A stretch of 56,898 nucleotides of DNA, the filler included, from Sandaracinaceae bacterium (GTDB lineage Bacteria; Myxococcota_A; Polyangia; Polyangiales; JADJQN01): NCBI GenBank assembly GCA_947483975.1. It is 3 parts of 3 records of this genome, joined end to end, with 100 filler letters (N's around TTAATTAATTAA, not from the genome) between each part and the next. Parts side by side here need not be neighbours in the genome. Positions count along the whole stretch, not along the records: positions 1 to 19,020 come from CANKOL010000061.1; 2 more parts are not named here. The stretch is one strand, 5' to 3'. Within the stretch, counting starts at the first letter, position 1; each line of letters opens with the position of its first letter. The notes under the pieces are model-generated. The model had not been told where the DNA came from and did no database searches. It worked only from the letters and a program-made list of their open reading frames with translations. Shown here one piece after another: positions 1 to 9,576 of the stretch. A program made the translations under genes and the position numbers.

Positions 1-2
1 AC

Positions 3-743
3 GCGTCGATGCGCCCCTGCGCCGACCTCGCGGGCGGCGAGGCGTGCGAGTCGCCGGGCCTGCCGGCCCTCGTCTCGCCCGCCGCGACCTGCCTCGGCAA
101 CGGCGCTTCGCGGCTGCCGTTTCTGTTCTATCGCTCGCGCACCTCGACGTTCACGCCGCCCCTGCGCGTGCGGAGGCTGCCGTCGGGCGACCTCGAGCTG
201 ACCAACACCGGCGACGCGCCGATCCCGGGCTGGGTCGTCCGAATGCGGCGCGGCAGCGGGCAGGTGCGCACGCTCGCGGTGCGCGGGCCGGGAGCGCGCG
301 CGACCGTCACGCTCGGCAGCAACTTCGCGAACCCCGTCGTGCCGTCGGAGAGCGACGGCGAGCAGCGACCCGCGAGCGATCAGCCCGCGCTCCCCGGCAG
401 CGAAGAGCCTGGGCGACAGGGCGTGCGCCTGACGCTCCGCAACCTCGGCCTCGACGCGGGCGAGACGGACGCCTTCCTCCGCGCGTGGGACGCGGCGCTC
501 TTCGGTGAGCGCTACGTGCCGCTCGTCGATCTGCCGCCGCGCAACGCTCCGCCGAGCGGGCCGAGCGCGACGGATCGCCGCGGCGCCGTCGACGTCCTCA
601 GCGTCGACGACGAGACGACGATGAGCGACTCGCTCCTCTACTTCCTGCCCGAGGCGACGTGCGACGGCGTCTCGCGCCTCAGCTTCGTGCCCGCGCCGAC
701 GCGGGTGCGCCGCGCGCTCGCCCTCTGGCAGCCGACGCGCTGA
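3..743 (+). CDS. Hypothetical protein, 5'-truncated by window edge
   Basis: Frame is open from base 3 to TGA at 741-743, with GC3-rich codons. C-terminal GL..GETDAFLRAW / LLYFLP..CD..L.F.PAP pattern; no family recognised. Confidence 0.65.
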   Translation, partial: ASMRPCADLAGGEACESPGLPALVSPAATCLGNGASRLPFLFYRSRTSTFTPPLRVRRLPSGDLELTNTGDAPIPGWVVRMRRGSGQVRTLAVRGPGARATVTLGSNFANPVVPSESDGEQRPASDQPALPGSEEPGRQGVRLTLRNLGLDAGETDAFLRAWDAALFGERYVPLVDLPPRNAPPSGPSATDRRGAVDVLSVDDETTMSDSLLYFLPEATCDGVSRLSFVPAPTRVRRALALWQPTR

Positions 744-761
744 GGCGCGTCCCGCCGCGGC

Positions 762-1580
762 TCAGCCCCGCTTGAGCGCGCGCTGCCCGACCGCGTCGAC
801 CAGCTTCGCGTAGAGCCACGGCGAGGCGCGCTTCAGGCGCCACGCCCAGCGGCCATCGGCGTGCGGCAGCACGAAGAACGAGCCGCTCTCGACGCCGTCG
901 AGGGCGATGCGCGCGATATCGTCCGCGGACCACTTCGACCGCTTCATCAGCTTCTCCGCGAATTGCAGCTTTCCCTCGTCGCGCACGCCTCGGCTGCTCT
1001 TCGCGATCTCGGTCGGGAAGAAGCTCGGGCAGAGGCAAGTCACGCCGACGCCGCGCCCAGCGACCTCGGCGCGCAGCGTCTCGCTGAGCGCGATCACGCC
1101 CGCCTTCGTCACGTTGTACGGGCCCATGTCCGGCACGTAGACGATGCCCGCCATCGACGCGACGTTGAGGATGTGTCCCGTGCCCCGCGCCAGCATCGCG
1201 GGCACGAAGTGATGGCAGCCGTGGATCACGCCGAACAGGTTCACCTCGAGCTGCAGGCGCCAGTCCTCGAGCGACACCTCCCCGATCGGACCGGCGACCG
1301 CGATGCCCGCGTTGTTGATCAGCAGGTCCGTGCCGCCGAGCTTCTCCTGCGCGAACTCCGCGAGGGCCTTCACGTCGTCGGCGCTCGTGACGTCGCAGCG
1401 CGTGACGAGCGCAGCGCAGCCCGCCGCGCGGACGAGCCGCTCGGTCTCGTCGAGCCCCGCCAGGTACACGTCCGAGAGCACGAGCCGCGCGCCGCGCCTC
1501 GCGAGCTCCCGCGCGAACGCCCGCCCGAGTCCACTGCCCGCGCCCGTCACGACCGCCCGCGTCTCGCCGCTGATGTGCAT
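762..1580 (-). CDS. Short-chain dehydrogenase/reductase (classical SDR)
   Basis: TGAGSGLG Rossmann motif, NNAG, catalytic S...YNVTK; GGAGGGAG RBS-like sequence upstream. Confidence 0.93.
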   Translation of the reverse strand: MHISGETRAVVTGAGSGLGRAFARELARRGARLVLSDVYLAGLDETERLVRAAGCAALVTRCDVTSADDVKALAEFAQEKLGGTDLLINNAGIAVAGPIGEVSLEDWRLQLEVNLFGVIHGCHHFVPAMLARGTGHILNVASMAGIVYVPDMGPYNVTKAGVIALSETLRAEVAGRGVGVTCLCPSFFPTEIAKSSRGVRDEGKLQFAEKLMKRSKWSADDIARIALDGVESGSFFVLPHADGRWAWRLKRASPWLYAKLVDAVGQRALKRG

Positions 1581-1669
1581 CGCCTCTCCCTCCGACCGCC
1601 GGGGCGTGGCCGTCCTGTGACACGCCCCTTCTGTCGGTCCCCGCGCCTTTGCGTATATGCTGCCCAGTC

Positions 1670-4489
1670 ATGCACGTCGCACGCCGCTTCGCAGGTCGTC
1701 TTCTCGTCTCCGGCACCGCGCTCCTCGCGCTCTTGACGATCGCAGCGTGCGGCGACGACGACGCGACACCACCACCGGTCCCTGACGCGGGCCCGACCAC
1801 CTGCGCCGCGACGACGCCGCTGCCCGACCTGCGCTGGATGCGCACCTCGCTCGGCTCGACCGTCGGCGTGACGCGCGACAACACCCTCGGGCTCGCGCGC
1901 GACTTCTGCGCGGACGTCGTCGTCACGCTCGAGTCCTCGATGCCGTCGGTCGCGACGGTGCCCGCGAGCCTGACCATCCCCGTCGGCCAGAGCGACGTCG
2001 CGACGACCATCACGCCGGTCGCCGTCGGCACGACGACCATCACCGCGCACGTCACGCGCGGGATGAGCACGTGGACCGGGACGTTCAACTTCGACGTCGT
2101 CTCGGCGACGCTGCCAGCGTGCGCGGGCACCGCGGCGGGCAACGTCGCGCCGGGCGGGCGCGTCACCGTAGCGGCGGGCACGACGCTCGCGGGCTCCGAG
2201 GTCTTCGTGCAGCCTGGCGCGACGCGCGACGACTTCTTCCACGTCCCCGCGTTCGACGCGACGATCGGCTGCGCGCCGGACCAGGTGCCGGCGGGCTATC
2301 GCGCGCTCGGTCCGGCCGTGACCGTCGGGCCGACGGCGTTCCGCACGATGCGCGAGATCGAGGTCGCGATCCCCGTCTCGCTCGCGCTCCTGCCCGAGAA
2401 CGCGAACCGTGGCCATGTGCTGATGAGCTACACGAGCGCGCTCGTGCACGAGCCGACGATCGTGCCGTTCGCGCGCCCGTCCTTCGAGGGCGGCTGGGGC
2501 AACGGCATCCTGCGCTTCCAGACGCCGCGCCTCGGCACCTTCCAGGCGGTCGTCGCGGACACCGCCGGCGCGAGCCGGATGCGCGAGTACAAGTTCCGCG
2601 GCGTGACGGGCTTCTCGATGGGCGCGATCGGCAGCGCGCAGCTAGGGCTTCGGCACCCGGACGTGTTCGACTTCAGCGCGCCGCTCGGCGGGCCGACGGA
2701 CTTCGTCCAGACGATCCACTACTTCCGCGAGTACAACTTCGGCGGCTTCTGCACGGAGGCCGAGCGCGCCGTCCCCGGCAACGACTGCGACGTCGGCGCA
2801 TCGGAGGCGCGCACTCCGGCGAACGATCAGCTCTACCAGCACACGCAGGACTTCGAACACTGGTACTACGAGGACGAGTACGGCGGGCAGGGCGGCACCT
2901 TCGATCGGCGCGAGTGGATGCAGATCTTCCGCGACCTCTCGTTCATGTACGGCAACCCGAGCACCAACCGCACCGACGATCCGACGCAGCCGAACATCAC
3001 GCCGCCCGGCGTGCCGGACAGCACGCGCATGATCCCCGACGCGGAGCGCTGCGCGCACCCGATCGTGATCCCGCCGGACGTCCCGGGGGACGCGGACGCG
3101 ATGACCGGCTTCTTCGACGACGAGTTCAACCCCGAGGGCGCGCACCCGGTGATCACGTTCTGCGACGGCGCGGAGATCCCCGTCGCCGGCGGCGGGCGCG
3201 ACGTCGGCATCTGGGATCCCGCGGGCAACAACGACTACCCCGCGGAGTCGTTCCTCGCCGTCGACATCAACGACAACGGCGTGCGCGATCCGGGCGAGCC
3301 CGTGGTCCGCGATATGTGGGAGCACTTCCTCGACGTCGGCCTCGACGGGCTCGCGAGCGTCGACGAGCCCGGCTACGACGCGGTGACGAACCCCGACCCG
3401 AACGGCGACGACTACGACTTCCAGTTCAACCCGCGCGGCACCGAGGGCAACTGGTACCGCGATGGCGCGGACGACGTCGCGGGCGCGCCGGGCGTCGCGG
3501 AGCCCTTCGAGGACTTCGGGCTCGATGGCGTGCTCGGCTCGCCTCAGCTGAGCGAGGGCGGCTACGACTTCGGCGAGGGCAACGGGCGCTACGATCGCGC
3601 GTCCGGCACGCAGCGGATGTTCGACCGGAACCCGAAGCAGCTCGCGCTGAAGATGGACGCGGCGACGCTCGCGGACCTCGACATCTTCGCCGACGGCGGC
3701 ATCCGCGACCTGCTCAATTCGCTGCCCTCGATGAACCACTTCATCGGCGCGTTCCAGGCGCGCGACCGCGGCGTGCGCATGTACAACGGCCACTCGTCGC
3801 TCTACTACACGGGCCTGACCGCGGACAACGCGTTCGACTTCACGACCATCCCTTGGGACGAGGTCGGCGGCACCGTGCTCGTGCGCTACGGCGATCCCGA
3901 CGCGGACCATCAGCTCCTCGTCGACGGCGACGGCGGGCACGTCGGCACGGGCGATCAGCTGATCAACCGCATCCTCTCGGCGCTCTCGTGGATGAGCGCG
4001 CGCTGGCCGGACGGCGACCGCCGCACGCAGCGCGACCGGCTCTGCGAGACGGGCGACGCGGCGTGCCCGAACCCGAACAAGATCGTGATGTCGTTCGAGT
4101 CGCCGACGACGCACCGCGTGGGCCCGGCCGCGATCATCCTGCCGCCCGGCTACTTCCGCCCAGAGAACGCGGGCCTGCACTACCCGGTGGTCTACTTCGG
4201 CCACGGCTACGGGATGTCGCCCGAGGGCCTCGTCGAGCTCGGGCTCGTCTTCTGGACGTACATGATCTCGGACCGCATCCCCGAGGCGCACCGCCTACAG
4301 AAGATGATCTTCGTCTTCCCCGACGGGAAGTGCAGCGGCACCGAGTGCATCCAGGGCACGTTCTACACGGACGCGCCCGAGGGCACGCCGAACGGCGCGC
4401 AGATGGAGACCTGGATGCTCGACCTGATGGACTACATGGACGCGAACTACCGCACGCGCTCCAACGAGACGTTCGAGTACACGCCCTGA
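1670..4489 (+). CDS. Large lipoprotein with Ig-like N-terminal region, Asp-rich inserts and an apparently circularly permuted esterase (alpha/beta hydrolase) domain
   Basis: Signal peptide with lipobox (IAAC) after ATG 1670; GFSMG nucleophile elbow (2609-2623); GGH (3932-3940); C-terminal LPPGY..YPVVYFGHGYG..MIFVFPDG..DYMDANYRT block. Confidence 0.8.
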   Translation: MHVARRFAGRLLVSGTALLALLTIAACGDDDATPPPVPDAGPTTCAATTPLPDLRWMRTSLGSTVGVTRDNTLGLARDFCADVVVTLESSMPSVATVPASLTIPVGQSDVATTITPVAVGTTTITAHVTRGMSTWTGTFNFDVVSATLPACAGTAAGNVAPGGRVTVAAGTTLAGSEVFVQPGATRDDFFHVPAFDATIGCAPDQVPAGYRALGPAVTVGPTAFRTMREIEVAIPVSLALLPENANRGHVLMSYTSALVHEPTIVPFARPSFEGGWGNGILRFQTPRLGTFQAVVADTAGASRMREYKFRGVTGFSMGAIGSAQLGLRHPDVFDFSAPLGGPTDFVQTIHYFREYNFGGFCTEAERAVPGNDCDVGASEARTPANDQLYQHTQDFEHWYYEDEYGGQGGTFDRREWMQIFRDLSFMYGNPSTNRTDDPTQPNITPPGVPDSTRMIPDAERCAHPIVIPPDVPGDADAMTGFFDDEFNPEGAHPVITFCDGAEIPVAGGGRDVGIWDPAGNNDYPAESFLAVDINDNGVRDPGEPVVRDMWEHFLDVGLDGLASVDEPGYDAVTNPDPNGDDYDFQFNPRGTEGNWYRDGADDVAGAPGVAEPFEDFGLDGVLGSPQLSEGGYDFGEGNGRYDRASGTQRMFDRNPKQLALKMDAATLADLDIFADGGIRDLLNSLPSMNHFIGAFQARDRGVRMYNGHSSLYYTGLTADNAFDFTTIPWDEVGGTVLVRYGDPDADHQLLVDGDGGHVGTGDQLINRILSALSWMSARWPDGDRRTQRDRLCETGDAACPNPNKIVMSFESPTTHRVGPAAIILPPGYFRPENAGLHYPVVYFGHGYGMSPEGLVELGLVFWTYMISDRIPEAHRLQKMIFVFPDGKCSGTECIQGTFYTDAPEGTPNGAQMETWMLDLMDYMDANYRTRSNETFEYTP

Positions 4490-4506
4490 GGCGAGCCGCC
4501 GCGTCC

Positions 4507-4540
4507 TCTCTTCGCGCGTGACGCTCTGCGCGCGAAGAGA
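4507..4540. terminator. Stem-loop between convergent genes (possible bidirectional terminator)
   Basis: Perfect 12-bp inverted repeat TCTCTTCGCGCG / CGCGCGAAGAGA with a 10-nt loop, 17 nt after the stop at 4489; no U-tract. Confidence 0.5.
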
Positions 4541-4552
4541 CGGCGAGCGGCG

Positions 4553-4843
4553 TCAACGCTCCGCGGGGTCGTCGTCGTCGTCGTCGTCGTCGCTGTTGCC
4601 GCCGCCGTGGCCGTCGAGCGCCTCGCTCCGGCGCGGCTCGTTGGAGAGCGCGCGCAGGGTGTCGAGCGCGGCGAGCAGCGCCTCGACCTCGGAGGGCGCG
4701 ACGACGGCGCCCTCGCCCGCTCGAAACGCCGCCCGCAGGCGCGCGTCGACGCGCTCGAGCGTGCTGTCGTCGAGGCGCGGCAAGCCCGCTTCAGCGCGCG
4801 CTTCGTCGTGGTCGAGGTCGAACTCCGGCGGTCGATGGCGCAT
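4553..4843 (-). CDS. Small acidic hypothetical protein (96 aa) with poly-Asp tail
   Basis: ATG at 4843 (MRHRPPEFDL...); (GAC)8 run encodes D8 near the C-terminus; fills the gap between neighbours. Confidence 0.55.
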   Translation of the reverse strand: MRHRPPEFDLDHDEARAEAGLPRLDDSTLERVDARLRAAFRAGEGAVVAPSEVEALLAALDTLRALSNEPRRSEALDGHGGGNSDDDDDDDDPAER

Positions 4844-4931
4844 CGGCGCAGGGTAGCGCAGCGCGCGCGGCGTCAGCGCTGCGGCGATGGTCGCCCGAGG
4901 GCGGCAGCGCCCCTGAGACGACGCGCCGCGC

Positions 4932-7193
4932 TCACAGCAGGACGCACGCGAGCCGGCGCCCGCCGCCGCCCGTGCCCATGATGGTCGTGCAGGTCTCCCC
5001 CACCGGGCAGTCCGCGTCGGTGGCGCACAGCATCTCGCAGTGTCGCGACTTCGTGAACGCCGCTGGGAGCAGCGAGCTTCCGTTCGTGACGCGGTCGATC
5101 GACGTGCCGACGCAGCCGGGATAATCGACGTTCGCCACGTCGCGCCAGTCGTCCGTGCGGTCGAGCGGGACGTCCGAGTAGGTCGCGAGCAGCGCGCCAT
5201 CGCAGTAGAGGCGCACCGTCACGCGCGTCGGGCCGTCGCCGGGCGTGAGCGGGCCGGTCGCGTCCGAGTGCGAGCAGAAGTAGTGCACCCCGACGGTGTA
5301 GCGGCCGGTGGCTGGCAAGGTCGAGATCGTGACGTTCTCCGGGCCATAGCCGCTGGTGTCGTCGCGCTCGAGCGCTGGGTCGGCGACCGGGCCGGTCGTG
5401 CCCCAGTCGGGCGTCGGGTTGTCGTAGTAGCAGTCGTCGGCGGTGAACCAGCCGTCGGGCGAGGTGCGCGCCGTCGAGAGGACGTGCGCGTCTACGTCGC
5501 CGAACTCGGTGCTCCACGCGACCTCGACGTGGAGCCCAGCGGGCGCGCGCGAGGTGACGGGGACATCGCAGCAGGTCGTCTGGCCCTCGTTGTCCGTCAC
5601 GCAGAAGCGCAGGGTGTACGAGCCCGACGCGTCGAGGAGGAACGACGGCGAGCGGCTGGTCGCCGGCGTCGGCGTGGCGGACGAGCCCACCGGGCGGCTC
5701 GTGACCGTCCACGCGTAGGTGACGGCGCCGCCATCCGGATCGGAGCCGCTGCCCGAGACGCTGGCGGTCGTCAGCACGAGCGCGTCGATCGCCGCAGGGC
5801 AGGTCGCGATCGGCGGGCTCGTCGCGCACACGCCGCCGTCATCGATCAGGCCGTTGCAGTCGTCGTCGACGCTGTTGCAGGTCTCGACGACGGGCCCGAC
5901 CGAGCCGGCGCAAGCGCCCCAGAGGCCGCCCGTGGTGCAGGTCTGCGTGCCAGCCACGCACGCGCCGACGTCGGTGCCGCAAGCCCGCGGCGTCCCCGCC
6001 GTGCAGCCGCAGCCCTCGTCGACGGTGCCGTTGCAGTTCTCGTCGTTGCGGCCGTCGCAGAGCTCGCTCGCGGGGCCGACGCCGCCGACGCAGGCGCCAA
6101 ACGCTCCGGCGTCGCACGTCTCGACGCCCGGGCGGCAGAGCCCAACGCTCGAGCCGCACGCGCGCGTCAGCGTCTCATCTGTCAGCGCGTCGCAGTCGTC
6201 GTCGAGGCCGTTGCAGGTCTCGACGCTCGGCAGCGTCTCGCCCGCGCACGCGCTCCACGCGCCCACCACGCAAGTCTGCGTGCCGGGTAGACAGGCGCCG
6301 ACCGCAGAGCCGCACTCCCGAACGAGGTCCTCGTCGAACAGGCCGTCACAGTCGTTGTCGAGGCCATCGCAGTTCTCCGCGGTGGGTCCTGTGGCGCCCT
6401 CGCACGCGCCGAAAGCGCCCGCGACGCAGGTCTCCGTGCCGCTCAGACACTCGCCGAAGTGAGAGCCGCACGCGCGGTGGAGGCCCTCGTCGACCGAGCC
6501 GTTGCAGTCGTCGTCGAGGCCGTTGCAGGTCTCGACCGTCGGGTCGATCGCGCCGCTGCACGCCCCGAGGACCCCGTCGACGCACGCCTGCGTGCCCGCC
6601 ACGCACGCGCCCTCGTCCGTGCCGCAAGCGACAGGACCCGCCGCGGGGTCGCAGCCGCAGCCCTCGTTGACGGCCCCGTCGCAGCTCTCGTCGACGCCGG
6701 CGGCGTCGCAGACCTCGACGCCCGGGAGCACATCGCCCTCGCACGGCCCCCAGGTCCCGAAGTCGACGCCGTCGGCGCACAGCATCGTGCCGTCGGTGCA
6801 CGCGCCGCGCCCGCGGCTGTCGGCCGGGCCGCGGAAGCATCCCCGGCGCGTCCCGGCGATGCAGGTGCAGCCGTTCTCGATGACCCCATCGCAGTCGTCA
6901 TCGAGGCCGTTGTCGCAGAGCTCGACGCCGCACGGGCCGGTCAGCCCGGCGTCGACCGCGCCATCTTGGCCAGCGTCGACCGCGCCATCCCCGCCAGCGT
7001 CGACCGCAGCATCCCGACCCGCGTCGACCGCGCCGTCGCGGCCCGCGTCGACGATGGCCCCATCAGCGACGAACGGGCCCGCGTCGGGCGTGCTGGCTGA
7101 GGTGCCGCCGGAGCACCCAAAGGCGACGAAGGCGAGCAGCACGCCCACCGAACACGGTGCGACGGATCCGAGACGCAAAGCAGTAGAGCGCAA
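4932..7193 (-). CDS. Cys-rich surface lipoprotein with about 7 MopE-like metal-binding repeats, a PKD/Ig-like domain and a YfaP/DUF2135-like C-terminal domain
   Basis: Lipobox AFGC; repeats of type ExCNGLDDDCDG; SDPDGGAVTYAW PKD-like motif; W...DVDAH...DDTSGYGPENV...Y.VGVHYF motif. Start codon uncertain. Confidence 0.8.
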   Translation of the reverse strand: MRSTALRLGSVAPCSVGVLLAFVAFGCSGGTSASTPDAGPFVADGAIVDAGRDGAVDAGRDAAVDAGGDGAVDAGQDGAVDAGLTGPCGVELCDNGLDDDCDGVIENGCTCIAGTRRGCFRGPADSRGRGACTDGTMLCADGVDFGTWGPCEGDVLPGVEVCDAAGVDESCDGAVNEGCGCDPAAGPVACGTDEGACVAGTQACVDGVLGACSGAIDPTVETCNGLDDDCNGSVDEGLHRACGSHFGECLSGTETCVAGAFGACEGATGPTAENCDGLDNDCDGLFDEDLVRECGSAVGACLPGTQTCVVGAWSACAGETLPSVETCNGLDDDCDALTDETLTRACGSSVGLCRPGVETCDAGAFGACVGGVGPASELCDGRNDENCNGTVDEGCGCTAGTPRACGTDVGACVAGTQTCTTGGLWGACAGSVGPVVETCNSVDDDCNGLIDDGGVCATSPPIATCPAAIDALVLTTASVSGSGSDPDGGAVTYAWTVTSRPVGSSATPTPATSRSPSFLLDASGSYTLRFCVTDNEGQTTCCDVPVTSRAPAGLHVEVAWSTEFGDVDAHVLSTARTSPDGWFTADDCYYDNPTPDWGTTGPVADPALERDDTSGYGPENVTISTLPATGRYTVGVHYFCSHSDATGPLTPGDGPTRVTVRLYCDGALLATYSDVPLDRTDDWRDVANVDYPGCVGTSIDRVTNGSSLLPAAFTKSRHCEMLCATDADCPVGETCTTIMGTGGGGRRLACVLL
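6946..7052 (-). repeat. In-frame 24-bp tandem repeat (about 4.5 copies) encoding a VDAGxDGA linker
   Basis: CC(G/A/C)GCGTCGACCGC... recurs with 24-nt periodicity; protein reads DAGRDGAVDAGRDAAVDAGGDGAVDAGQDGAVDAG. Confidence 0.85.
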
Positions 7194-7379
7194 GACGACC
7201 TCCGACGAATGGGGCCGACTGCCCCCTCGGAAACGAGTGACCGTGTACGGGCGGAATAATCCAGCAGCGTACGATCGTCGCGCCAGCCGGATACGCGCAA
7301 TCGGACGCGCGCGCTCCGCGCCGACGCCTCGCGGCAGCGGGCTCAGGGGCGAGCGGTCGAGCTGCGAGGGAGCAGGCGC

Positions 7380-9524
7380 TCAGCGCGCCGCGGGGACCGG
7401 CGCCTTCACGAAGAGCAGCACGGCGTCCTCGGTCAGGAAGAACGCGCGGTCGCGGCCATCGATGTCGATGTCGCGGATGTCGTTGGTGGGCAAACCATTC
7501 TCTTCGGTCAGCCGCTGCCAGGTCGTGCCGTTCGAGAAGACCGCGCCGCGCGGGCCAGCCGCCCAGAGGTTGCCCTCGGTGTCGACGGCGACCGCGGTCG
7601 GGCGGGCGGACTGCACCACGGCGGGGAAGACGAAGTTGAACGCGCCGTTCTCGTAGACGCCGATGCCCTCCGCTGCGGCGACCCAGACGCGGTTACCAGG
7701 CGCCGTCGCGAGGTCGCTGACGACCTCACCGCGCACGCCGCGCGCCTCGCCGAACACGACCGCCTGCGAGTTGCCGACGCGCACCGCGCCGGAGAGCGTC
7801 GGGAACCACGCGCCGTCGTTCGTGAAGTCGATGGCGGTGACCTCGTCGGGCAGCGGCGTCGCGCCGGCGCCGTCCGCCGGGGTCGCGCCGCGGTGGTGGT
7901 AGACGATCGTCTCCGCGTCGCGCGCGAGCATGACCGCGCCGCGCATGCGCGTGCCGGTGCCGGGCCCGTCCTCGCGGTCGATCTCGATGCCGAGCCAGAA
8001 CGCGCCGTCGGGCGCGACGCCCATGAACGGCGTGCCCGCGATGTGGCCGGTGACGCCGCTCAGCGTCCGCTCGATCACCTGCCGCCACGACCCGCCGTCG
8101 GCGCGATAGATGCGGAACGTCGCCGTGTCGCCGACGCGCACGCAGAGGTACGCGCCGCCCTCGCCCGTCGCGAGCGCTTGCGGCGTGACGCCCTCCGGCA
8201 GCGCGACGCGATGGAACGCGCCGTCGTCGTCGAGGCGGACGAGATCGCCGCTCTTCGAGAGCGCCCAGGTGCGCTCTTGGTTGTCCGACGCGATCTGAAA
8301 GTCCGTGCGCGCGACGAGGTCGTAGGTGCGCAGAAAGCGCGCGGTGCCGTCGGGCGGGAGCACGACGAGCCCGCGGTTCTGATCGGCGAAGACGAGCGTG
8401 CCCTCGGCGGAGAGCCCGGCGTAGACGCCCTCGGGGATCGCGAGCGAGGTCGTCGGCGCGATCGAGAACGGCGGCGCGTCGATCGTCGGCTGACCCTGCG
8501 GCACCTCTTCGAGCGGCGCCGGCGTGCGCGCCGCGATGCCCGCGCCCACCGGCACGACGATGCGCGCGGCGGGCGTCATGCGCGCGCGGTAGGTGCGCAC
8601 GCCGTGATGCTCGGTGTCGGCGCGGAGCGCGACGAGCGGCACGGACTCCCGGCGCGAGCCGCCCGGCGTGATCGAGAACGCGCGGCTGCCCGTCAAGAGC
8701 AGCACCGAGTCGCCCTGCGCCATCAGCCCGACGATCGACGGCGGGAAGTCCGCGACGGTGTAGCCGTACCAGTGACGCCCATCCCAGTAGCCGAGCAACG
8801 AGCGGCTCGGACCACGCAGGAGCGCGAGGGCTCGTCCGTTCGGCAGCGGCGCGATCGCCTGCACGTACGGCTCCGGGATGCCCTGCGTCTGCGAGTGCTC
8901 GCGCACGGTGTCGTCGCCCTCGATGCGGAGCGCGCCCTCCGTCGTGCCGACCCAGAGCGCGTCGCCGTCGACCGCGAGCGTCGTGCACTGCACCGGCTCG
9001 CCGAAGCCCGTCCACGCGCCGTCCTTCAGCCGCGCGAGCCCGGCGCGACCGCACGCGATCACGCTGCCATCGGGGCGCGTCGCGAGGTCCACGACGCTGC
9101 CGATCGGCGCGGGCGGAAACGCCGGATTGATCGAGTCGCCCGCGAGCTCCGCGAGCCCCGCCGCCGTCGCGACGATCACCGAGCCATCGGCGCGCGCCGC
9201 GAGCGCCCGCACATCGTCGCTCGGCAGCCCTTGCGCGTGCGTGATGCGGTGCGGCTCCGGGTCGCCCTCGCGCGGATACACGAGCACGCCGCGGTCGGTC
9301 GCGGCCCACACGCGGTCGCTCGTCAGCGCGAGATCGCGCACCGTGTCGACGTCCGTCAGCGTCACGATGCGGCGCTCGGAGCCGCCGATCGCGAGCGTGC
9401 GGAACGACGAGCCCGTCTGCAGCGCGGCTGGTCCGCACGCCGAAGACAGGACGCCGACCGCCGCGAGCGAGGCGACGGAAGCGGCACGAACGAGGGCGCG
9501 GGGAGCGAAAGCGCGAGTCAGCAT
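7380..9524 (-). CDS. Lipoprotein with two-component-regulator-type beta-propeller repeats (Reg_prop-like), no kinase domain
   Basis: Lipobox LSSAC; repeated GLPSDDVRAL, GLPTNDIRDI and LWVGT/VWAAT blades. ATG at 9524 preferred over the TTG at 9563. Confidence 0.75.
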   Translation of the reverse strand: MLTRAFAPRALVRAASVASLAAVGVLSSACGPAALQTGSSFRTLAIGGSERRIVTLTDVDTVRDLALTSDRVWAATDRGVLVYPREGDPEPHRITHAQGLPSDDVRALAARADGSVIVATAAGLAELAGDSINPAFPPAPIGSVVDLATRPDGSVIACGRAGLARLKDGAWTGFGEPVQCTTLAVDGDALWVGTTEGALRIEGDDTVREHSQTQGIPEPYVQAIAPLPNGRALALLRGPSRSLLGYWDGRHWYGYTVADFPPSIVGLMAQGDSVLLLTGSRAFSITPGGSRRESVPLVALRADTEHHGVRTYRARMTPAARIVVPVGAGIAARTPAPLEEVPQGQPTIDAPPFSIAPTTSLAIPEGVYAGLSAEGTLVFADQNRGLVVLPPDGTARFLRTYDLVARTDFQIASDNQERTWALSKSGDLVRLDDDGAFHRVALPEGVTPQALATGEGGAYLCVRVGDTATFRIYRADGGSWRQVIERTLSGVTGHIAGTPFMGVAPDGAFWLGIEIDREDGPGTGTRMRGAVMLARDAETIVYHHRGATPADGAGATPLPDEVTAIDFTNDGAWFPTLSGAVRVGNSQAVVFGEARGVRGEVVSDLATAPGNRVWVAAAEGIGVYENGAFNFVFPAVVQSARPTAVAVDTEGNLWAAGPRGAVFSNGTTWQRLTEENGLPTNDIRDIDIDGRDRAFFLTEDAVLLFVKAPVPAAR

Positions 9525-9576
9525 GGGTGCCGCCTTGGTAGCGGGACGCCACGGAGGTGTCAACGGAGGTGAGCGC

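Noticed and set aside
2071..4521. Many long Arg/Ala/Gly-rich alternative-frame and antisense ORFs here and throughout the window
   Set aside because: Expected from stop-codon scarcity at very high GC; they carry no motifs and overlap well-supported genes.
4568..4591. (GTC)8 microsatellite as a phase-variation switch
   Set aside because: A triplet unit at the C-terminus of a small protein only changes poly-Asp length and cannot shift the frame.
7194..7379. Possible ncRNA or riboswitch in the larger intergenic regions (also 17023-17197 and 33254-33434)
   Set aside because: No recognisable tRNA, riboswitch or conserved structure by eye; a covariance-model search would be needed.
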